From positions 3,765 to 67,764 of the forward strand of contig JAJZZA010000005.1 in the NCBI GenBank assembly GCA_021797825.1: a DNA stretch of 64,000 nucleotides, given 5' to 3'. The DNA is from Bacillota bacterium (lineage in GTDB: Bacteria; Bacillota; Sulfobacillia; Sulfobacillales; Sulfobacillaceae). The stretch's first letter is position 1, and each line of letters opens with the position of its first letter. The notes beneath the pieces were generated by a model. It saw only the letters and a list, made by a program, of their open reading frames with translations. It ran no database searches and was not told the origin of the DNA. Made by a program: the position numbers and the translations under genes. Of the stretch, positions 26,219 through 32,306 are shown piece after piece.

Positions 26219-28078
26219 TCAGCGCCGGTCGTGCGCGTAGACCACGGTATTGCGTTGGGCTTTGGCCTCATAAAGGGCTTGGTCGGCTTGGCGGAAGAGG
26301 GTGTCGACGACGTCGGGAAAAGGGCAGGCGGTCTCGGTCAGGCCGACGCTGACCGTCATCCGCAGGGAGCCCTTGGCCAGGCTGTGCGGGGTATCCGACG
26401 CCGCCGTCGCCAGGCGGATGGAGTTGGCTAGGGTGACGGCTTGGCGAACCGGCAAATCCGCGCAAATCAACAGAAATTCATCGCCGCCGTAGCGGACCAG
26501 AGTGTCGGGCGGGCGTTTAAGGCTGCTGACCAGGGTGACGAAGCGCTGCAGGATCTCGTCACCCACCAGGTGGCCGTGGCGGTCGTTGATCTGCTTGAAG
26601 CGGTCGATGTCCAGCATCATCACCACCACCGTGCCTTGCGTCCGGCTGAGCAGCCGCTCCAACTGAAAGATGCCATATTCGCGGCCGTAGGCTCCGGTCA
26701 GGTTGTCGCGCAACGCCATTAACCGGTCCCGGTCGAAGACGGATTTCCAAAATCCCAGGCCCAAACCCAAGACCAGGATGTAGATGCCCAGCAGGCGGTG
26801 GTTCGGTCCCAGCAGCCAGGCATAAGCTCCGGTATAGATGCCCACCACCATCAGCGCGGGAGCCAACGGCAGCCGCATCATGGCCATCAGCATGCCCACA
26901 AAAATCAGCGGCAGAAACGGACTGGCCCGGCCCCCGGTAGAAAACGTCCAGCTTAAGATCAAGATCAGGTCAATCAATGTGGTGACATACGGCACTTGCA
27001 AGAACCGCCGCCACAAGCCATAGTAGATGCCGATGAGATCCAGGCCGGCCAAGATCCAGCCCAGGATTAAGGTAATCCAGGGCAGGCGTTCCAGGGCCTG
27101 CGGAGGATGCGCCAAAACCGCCCACATCACGGTGTTGGTGGCGACAATCAAAAGCCGCAGCGGCGACAAAATCCGCTCCGCGCGAAGCTGCACGTGCCAA
27201 AGCCATAACGACTCGCCCCAGCTGGGCCAGGCCGAATGCATTCGTCCGGAATCCGGCGGAATGGCGGCTGCCGCCGGTGCGGCCGCGCTGTCCGTGGGGG
27301 GAAACGGGCAGGTCTGCGCCAGGGTTTGGTCGGTCCAGTAGTCTGCCGGCGCGGCCTCGCCCAGCGCGTACCCTTGCACCGCCTGCACCGTCCGCGACCG
27401 CAGGGCGCTCATCCAGCCCTTTTCTTCCACCCCTTCGGCGATGACCACGGCGCCGACCGTGGTGGCCCATTCGATCCAGTTGTCAAACCGCTCGGGGTGA
27501 CCGGCCAGATACTCGTGTAAGAGCAGTTGGTCCAGTTTGACATATTGCGGACGCAGCAGGGCCAGGCGTTCTTGCGTGGCGGACTTGACTCCGGCATCGT
27601 CCAACGCCAGGGATACGCCCCGCGCCTGCCAGTTGGTGGCGCCGCGGGCGGCCTTGGCGATATTGTCCACAGCGGTTTCGGTAATTTCCAACACCACCGA
27701 ATCCAAGGGGCGGCAGGACTGAATTTGGTGGCTGAGCTCGCCCACCGCACGGCCGTCCAATTCCAGCGATCGTGCCGAGACATTCAAGAAGAGTTTGCCG
27801 GGCAGGGTCTGGGCGTCTTTAAGCGCCGTGGCGATGGACAGTTGGTCCAAGGCATCCTGCAACTGATTGGTCTCGGCCCAAGCCCACACTTCCTCGGGAG
27901 TCAACGGCTCCGGGAAACGCGCCAGGGCTTCAAAACCCAAGAGCTGGTGGTTGCAGAGATCCCAGATCGGCTGAAAACTGTGGTTCAGGCCGCGTTCCAG
28001 GATAAGGCGGATGCGTTCCTCGGAGAGAGCGGCCTCCTCCGCGGCATGCAAAGCGCCCGGGACCGTGTCGATGGGCAT
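26219..28078 (-). CDS. c-di-GMP turnover protein with the reversed domain order EAL, about 6 TM segments, then GGDEF
   Basis: EAL domain motifs: FQPIWDL ... LGFEALARF, VVLEITE, LALDDAG, VKLDQ, VIAEGVEE, QGYALGEA. A hydrophobic block spans residues about 290-450. GGDEF domain motifs: GREYG ... MLDIDRFKQINDRHGH ... KRPPDTLVRYGGDEFLLI, where RPPD lies 5 aa before GGDEF and fits an RxxD I-site. SD AAGGGAGG lies 6 nt before ATG 28078. Confidence 0.85.
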   Translation of the reverse strand: MPIDTVPGALHAAEEAALSEERIRLILERGLNHSFQPIWDLCNHQLLGFEALARFPEPLTPEEVWAWAETNQLQDALDQLSIATALKDAQTLPGKLFLNVSARSLELDGRAVGELSHQIQSCRPLDSVVLEITETAVDNIAKAARGATNWQARGVSLALDDAGVKSATQERLALLRPQYVKLDQLLLHEYLAGHPERFDNWIEWATTVGAVVIAEGVEEKGWMSALRSRTVQAVQGYALGEAAPADYWTDQTLAQTCPFPPTDSAAAPAAAAIPPDSGRMHSAWPSWGESLWLWHVQLRAERILSPLRLLIVATNTVMWAVLAHPPQALERLPWITLILGWILAGLDLIGIYYGLWRRFLQVPYVTTLIDLILILSWTFSTGGRASPFLPLIFVGMLMAMMRLPLAPALMVVGIYTGAYAWLLGPNHRLLGIYILVLGLGLGFWKSVFDRDRLMALRDNLTGAYGREYGIFQLERLLSRTQGTVVVMMLDIDRFKQINDRHGHLVGDEILQRFVTLVSSLKRPPDTLVRYGGDEFLLICADLPVRQAVTLANSIRLATAASDTPHSLAKGSLRMTVSVGLTETACPFPDVVDTLFRQADQALYEAKAQRNTVVYAHDRR

Positions 28079-28115
28079 CAGCCGCCTCCCTTCGTGATTC
28101 CCCGTGGGCGCCGGC

Positions 28116-29795
28116 TTACGACCCGTGCAGGGACGCTTGGGGATCCGGGGGACTGTCGGTGGGCGTTAGGGCCGTCTGCAACTGGTAGTAATAGGTGTCG
28201 CGGCCATCTTTTAGGATGTAGCGGTGCAGACCACCGCCGGCATTATGGTAGAGAATGGAGCGGTCAACCTGGTCGGCCAGTTTGACCAGGATTTCGATGG
28301 CGGGCACGCGCAGCGCGCCTTTCAGGGAGGGCACCTCACTCTCTACCACCGGAATCAGCAGATCGCCAAACTGGGCCGCAATGCGGTCGATTGCGTTGTG
28401 GCGCCGCCCCCAGCGGCGCTTCATGAGCCAGGTCAGCAAACCCAGCAGGACGGCCGCTCCCCATCCCGCGCTGGCCACCAGCCGCACCTGGCTGACCGGG
28501 GCCTGGACGGGCCCGATGCCCAAGGTGTTGGGAACCATCACCGGGTCGTTCACATGGCCGGTGAAACGGGTGGAGAGTTGCACCAGCGGGCCGGTGCCGG
28601 GATTTAAGGAGATGAGCTGCATCAGCAACGGGCTGTAGCTGAAAGTCAAGGGCGGAGCCAAGTGGGCGCTAAACGGCTCGGCCAACAGGCGCCCGTGCAA
28701 AGTCACCCGCGGCGTGACGGTCAAGGTGTAGGTGTTATAGGGCACTTCCGTCTCTTGGTTGACTTGCAGAATCCGGGCATTTAACGCATCCGTGTTCAGG
28801 GTGCCTTTCAGGGCAAACGTGGGGCCGGTCCAAACGGTTTGCGGAGCCAGGATCCAAGAGCTGCTCCAACCCGAACTGCTCGTCATGTTGGCGATGAGTT
28901 CGCCTTGGCCCTGGACGCTGCCCGCTTTGGGCAGCGGCGAGCTCCACTGCCCCGCAAAGGCGATGGTTACGGTGTGGGTCAATTTCAAAAACACGCTGGA
29001 TCCCGGCGTTACCATTCCACTCGGATAGACGGTTCCTTTAGGCACCACAGCCTGATACAAGAATTGCCCGCGGACTTGGTAGGGAACGCTCCGCCAGGCA
29101 GTGCGTTGCGTCGGGCTGAACCAGGCCCAAAGCGCTCCGACCAGACAGATGGCGGCGAAAACTTGGATGGCCGCCGCCGCCCAGGTATAAACCGCCGGGC
29201 TGGTTTTCGCGTTGCGAGTCGCACTCACACTGACCATACCCCTTTCTCTTCCCAATCCAGGCCGACGCCAGCTGCCCGGGCGGCCCTTTCGCGACGGTTG
29301 CCGGCGAGCCGCGCGCGAACGGGTCTCGCTCGCGCCGCCCCAAACCAGCAGGGCGAGACCGGCCATCAGCCAGGCCGCATGCCAGGGTTGATGAAAAAAC
29401 GCCAACCAGAGGCCGACATGCGGCAGTGACCACCAAAGCCGGCCCACGATCTGTGAAGCCAGCGGATGATAGGCGTCGGGCACCGGGTTGTTTAGCCCTT
29501 TGAACACATAGCGCTGACCGATTTGGCCCACGATCTGATGAAACAGCACCGCGTGCAGCTGAAGATTGTGATAGGCCGCCAGCTGTCCGATCTGGTAAGC
29601 AGGCGATGTTGTCACCGCCACTAACTCATCGGCGTGAAACCGCGGCAGCATGCTGGTGCCCTTTACTACCAAGTAGGTCTTGTTGCCGCCAAATTGCGCG
29701 GGCGCCACATTGAGCCAGGCCCAGACGGCCAACAACAACCCCAGGGCGAGCCAGAAGTAGGCGAAGGGTCCGCGAGGAGTTTGGCGACGGTTCAT
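28116..29795 (-). CDS. SipW/ER-type (S26B) signal peptidase I domain fused to a ~400-aa three-TM module with a beta-rich exported domain
   Basis: Residues about 10-140 align by eye to B. subtilis SipW. VKGTSMLPRFHADELVAV carries the candidate catalytic Ser. VLFHQIVG carries the candidate His. FKGLNNPVPD ... IVGRLWWSLPHVG corresponds to the KGDNN..D box, with the first Asp replaced by Leu. These are followed by a second TM, an Arg-rich linker, a third TM, a ~220-aa S/T/G/V-rich segment, a fourth TM and an ~85-aa cytoplasmic tail. ATG 29795 has AAAGGGG 9 nt upstream. Confidence 0.7.
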   Translation of the reverse strand: MNRRQTPRGPFAYFWLALGLLLAVWAWLNVAPAQFGGNKTYLVVKGTSMLPRFHADELVAVTTSPAYQIGQLAAYHNLQLHAVLFHQIVGQIGQRYVFKGLNNPVPDAYHPLASQIVGRLWWSLPHVGLWLAFFHQPWHAAWLMAGLALLVWGGASETRSRAARRQPSRKGRPGSWRRPGLGRERGMVSVSATRNAKTSPAVYTWAAAAIQVFAAICLVGALWAWFSPTQRTAWRSVPYQVRGQFLYQAVVPKGTVYPSGMVTPGSSVFLKLTHTVTIAFAGQWSSPLPKAGSVQGQGELIANMTSSSGWSSSWILAPQTVWTGPTFALKGTLNTDALNARILQVNQETEVPYNTYTLTVTPRVTLHGRLLAEPFSAHLAPPLTFSYSPLLMQLISLNPGTGPLVQLSTRFTGHVNDPVMVPNTLGIGPVQAPVSQVRLVASAGWGAAVLLGLLTWLMKRRWGRRHNAIDRIAAQFGDLLIPVVESEVPSLKGALRVPAIEILVKLADQVDRSILYHNAGGGLHRYILKDGRDTYYYQLQTALTPTDSPPDPQASLHGS

Positions 29796-29817
29796 CCCGG
29801 CTTGCCCCTTTCTCCGC

Positions 29818-29985
29818 TCAGTGCGAGGCGTCGGCCGACGGGGAGGGCAGGGGAATGGAGACGGTCACTTGGGTGATGCCGGCTCCCGAAGGCGCGACCG
29901 TATTGGCCGCCAGCAAGCCTGCCAGGACGCTTCCCACCAGTGCCATGATGGCGAGGCTCAAGATGACCCCGCTGGTTTGCCGCAT
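29818..29985 (-). CDS. 55-aa signal-peptide mini-protein (predicted mature part about 25-30 aa)
   Basis: ATG 29985 (GGGTGGGA 5 nt upstream) gives MRQTSGVILSLAIMALVGSVLAGLLAANTVAPSGAGITQVTVSIPLPSPSADASH. The track TTG start (30027) lies inside the T-run of the upstream terminator. The post-signal motif A-x-N-x-V-x-x-SGAG is shared with the upstream gene product. Confidence 0.45.
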   Translation of the reverse strand: MRQTSGVILSLAIMALVGSVLAGLLAANTVAPSGAGITQVTVSIPLPSPSADASH

Positions 29986-30021
29986 GACGTTCCCACCCTT
30001 TCCGCCGGCTGGGGACGGACA

Positions 30022-30055
30022 GGACAAAAAGGGAAGGGGTGAAACCCTTCCCTTT
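30022..30055 (-). terminator. intra-operon rho-independent terminator/attenuator between the two small secreted-protein genes
   Basis: AAAGGGAAGGG (30028-30038) pairs perfectly with CCCTTCCCTTT (30045-30055) around a 6-nt loop. On the minus strand the stem runs into TTTTTGT. It begins 10 nt after the stop at 30066. Confidence 0.65.
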
Positions 30056-30065
30056 ACCCCCCGGC

Positions 30066-30494
30066 TTATTGCGCCGCCGACACGTTTAACAGGACCGACG
30101 GTTGGACAGGGGCTTCCGGTCCCGGTCCAGTCGCGCTGCAGGACCAGCCGGTGACACCACCGAGGTAGCTGCCGGTCAATGTGCAGGTGTAGTTCCCGCC
30201 AGGTCCGGGGCCGGGTCCAGGTCCACCGAACCAGGCGAAGGCGCTCGCGGCCGCGCCACCTCCCGGCATTGGGGTGAGCAGAAACTGGACGGTCTTAATG
30301 TGCTGGCCGTGAGGTCCCAATGTATAGTGAATCTGCGATACGTTGTAACCGGTAATGGTTCCGGCGCCCTGGCCCGCTCCCGATATGGGGACGTTGTTGG
30401 TGGCCATAAAGGCGTAGGCGGATCCTCCCAGTAACACCGCGCCCCCGATGGGCAACAGGAATCGGACCACACGGGATGCTTTTTTCATCCGCAT
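30066..30494 (-). CDS. small secreted protein (about 115-aa mature) with a Gly-Pro repeat and a Cys pair; candidate subunit/substrate of the adjacent SipW-type peptidase
   Basis: GAGGAGG abuts the first ATG (30503) and lies 9 nt before ATG 30494. The product MRMKKASRVVRFLLPIGGAVLLGGSAYA/FMATNNVPISGAGQGAGTITGYNV ... is a signal peptide with an AYA cleavage-type site. Its h-region GGSAYAF resembles the GGGTWAAF/GGTFAYF of SipW-dependent TasA-type signal peptides. The mature part contains GGPGPGPGPGGN and YTCTLTG ... GWSCSATG. Confidence 0.6.
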   Translation of the reverse strand: MRMKKASRVVRFLLPIGGAVLLGGSAYAFMATNNVPISGAGQGAGTITGYNVSQIHYTLGPHGQHIKTVQFLLTPMPGGGAAASAFAWFGGPGPGPGPGGNYTCTLTGSYLGGVTGWSCSATGPGPEAPVQPSVLLNVSAAQ

Positions 30495-30742
30495 CAGGTT
30501 CATCCTCCTCTTGGGATTGGAACGGGTGAGCCATGGCTCCTTGCCGGTCGGTCGCGCTACTCCCCTCCACCCCGCGACAAGCGCCCGATTGCTTCGCGGG
30601 AATCACCAGGTTCCGTGCATTCCGCTCCGCCATCACCATAGACGATCGGACAGATGCCGATAATTGGCCAGGGGAGGGATTTTTGGGCAACGCGGAAGGC
30701 TAGGCCGCAAGAGGCAAGCATCCGACCCAGGTTAAAACAGAC

Positions 30743-30758
30743 TAGGTCTAAAGACCTA
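30743..30758. promoter_or_regulatory. perfect palindrome TAGGTCT-AA-AGACCTA in an AT-rich island overlapping a candidate promoter of the LuxR-type gene (-10 TATTAT 30757-30762)
   Basis: Read directly from the sequence. The surrounding 30731-30770 is the only AT-rich patch in the 370-bp divergent intergenic region. Confidence 0.4.
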
Positions 30759-30770
30759 TTATTTTGCGAA

Positions 30771-30840
30771 ATGTGTCGAAGCGAAAGGAAAACCGGTGCG
30801 ATGTGTCGAAGTAGCTTAACCCCCTCGGGTGTGTCGCGAC
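30771..30840 (+). promoter_or_regulatory. phased direct repeats ATGTGTCGAAG (two copies exactly 30 bp apart) plus a degenerate third copy GTGTGTCGCGA
   Basis: Perfect 11-mers lie at 30771-30781 and 30801-30811. The third copy at 30829-30839 shares the TGTGTCG core. All lie between the candidate -10 and the LuxR-type start codon at 30877. Confidence 0.5.
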
Positions 30841-30876
30841 GCAACGGGTTTTTTGAAACGGAATGGAGGATCACCA

Positions 30877-31566
30877 ATGGCCACGCCACTTAACCTTGTC
30901 ATCATCAGTGGATCGCCAATCATGCGGGTGGGTTTAAAAGCCATCTTTCAACACGACAGCACATTTTTCGTGCATGCCGACACGCCGGAAGAACTGGACT
31001 CGATCGTTAAACGGGTTGCCAATCCCCGGGCGTTCTTGCTCGACATTGACCAGGGCGAGGCCTTGCGCGGGGCGGTGGCCCGGATTGCCGCCTGGGAGAT
31101 GCGGTCAAAAGTTGCGGTGCTGGCTTCTTTCGACAACGAGTCCCTGGTCATGGAGTCCATCCGGTTGGGGGTGGACGCGATTTTGGACAAGGCGAGCAAT
31201 CCCGAAACCATTCTTGAGAGCTTGAAGCTGTTGTGCAGCGAGACCGACGCGAACGTGATTTTGATCTCACCCTCATTTTGGTCGCATTTTGTGGTGCCCA
31301 AAATCCTCCATTTTACCGATCCCGCCAAATTTAGCCTTTTAACCCGCCGCGAACTGGAGATCCTGGCATTGCTGGATAAGGGTTACACCAATTTCGACAT
31401 TGCCAGCGCGTTGGTGATTTCCCCGCATACCGTTAAACGCCATGTGGAGCACGTTCTAAAAAAATTCGACGCCAAAGATCGCCATGAATGCACCCGGCTG
31501 GCCCATTCCGCAGGGATTTTGCACACCGCCCGCCGCCGGGAGGCATCGGTTGACACCATCGCCTAG
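30877..31566 (+). CDS. LuxR/NarL-type transcription regulator with an atypical receiver-like N-domain
   Basis: ATG 30877 has GGAGGA 6 nt upstream. The C-terminal HTH is LTRRELEILALLDKGYTNFDIASALVISPHTVKRHVEHVLKKFD. The N-domain has a receiver-like layout (LNLVIISGSPIMRVGL ... AFLLDIDQGE ... VAVLAS ... ILDKASN), but SGS replaces the usual acidic DD pair. Confidence 0.8.
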   Translation: MATPLNLVIISGSPIMRVGLKAIFQHDSTFFVHADTPEELDSIVKRVANPRAFLLDIDQGEALRGAVARIAAWEMRSKVAVLASFDNESLVMESIRLGVDAILDKASNPETILESLKLLCSETDANVILISPSFWSHFVVPKILHFTDPAKFSLLTRRELEILALLDKGYTNFDIASALVISPHTVKRHVEHVLKKFDAKDRHECTRLAHSAGILHTARRREASVDTIA

Positions 31567-31928
31567 GGGCCGGCGGCAGCTACCGCCAGGCGAAGCGCGA
31601 CCGGTTCGCGGGTTTTCTGCCGGATGAAGCGGGAGACGTCATTTGGCCGCAAAGCCGGGGGACTCCCCGGACGGGGCGCGGATTGTGGTGAAAGCTCCTT
31701 AGCCGACCCCAGCGTTCTCCCCGCGACCCGCCTAAGCGGCCCATGGCCTAATATGCGCGGACTCTTGACCCCGTGACCCCGGGCATGCCGCTTGGCGCCG
31801 CAGCGGGCGGCGGATCCGGCGCCGGCCAGACCGAGGCGGGATGCATCCAACCTCGGCCAAAAGCGGGAGGAGGTGGTGGCGATGGCCGAAAAGCGCCCGT
31901 CACCCCACGCTCCGCAGGGAGTTGCCAT

Positions 31929-32149
31929 ATCGCTTGCAATAAGGCGCAAGCCGGCATAAGGGTGGTATGGATAAGACCTGGACGAACACGGAAATCGCCG
32001 ATCGACCTGTCTAGGCGAAGGTGATCCACGACCGCGATGGCAACGCGGCGATCAACCGCAAGGGGCTGGCAACCCCCGCTCCTCTACCTCTGGCGGCGCG
32101 GTCAGCAATGGGCGAGACGGGGTTCGCAAATCCGGACGTCGCCGGGTAA
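31929..32149 (+). pseudogene. decayed 3' fragment of an IS200/IS605-family tnpB (OrfB) gene
   Basis: Two frames are involved. Frame A (31929-) reads IACNKAQAGIRVVWIRPGRTRKSP, resembling the TnpB Y-K-A...G..V..V.P..TS segment. Frame B follows an in-frame TAG (32012) and reads KVIHDRDGNAAINRKGLATPAPLPLAARSAMGETGFANPDVAG-stop. This contains the RuvC-III-type D-R-D-x-N-A-A-x-N motif and the usual ...A.GE... tail. The zinc-ribbon segment between the two pieces is missing. Confidence 0.5.
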
Positions 32150-32306
32150 GCCACGCCAGTCAGACACCAAGCCACACCCGCTGGCTTGTGCGGCTTCGGG
32201 GCACAGTATTGCGCCCCCATCTATAGCCGAAAAAGCTTCGCTCCAGAACCGCCGAAGAGCGGGGACGCCCGGTCCGGCCCCGCTGTTGTCGAACCGGTTT
32301 GGCCGC

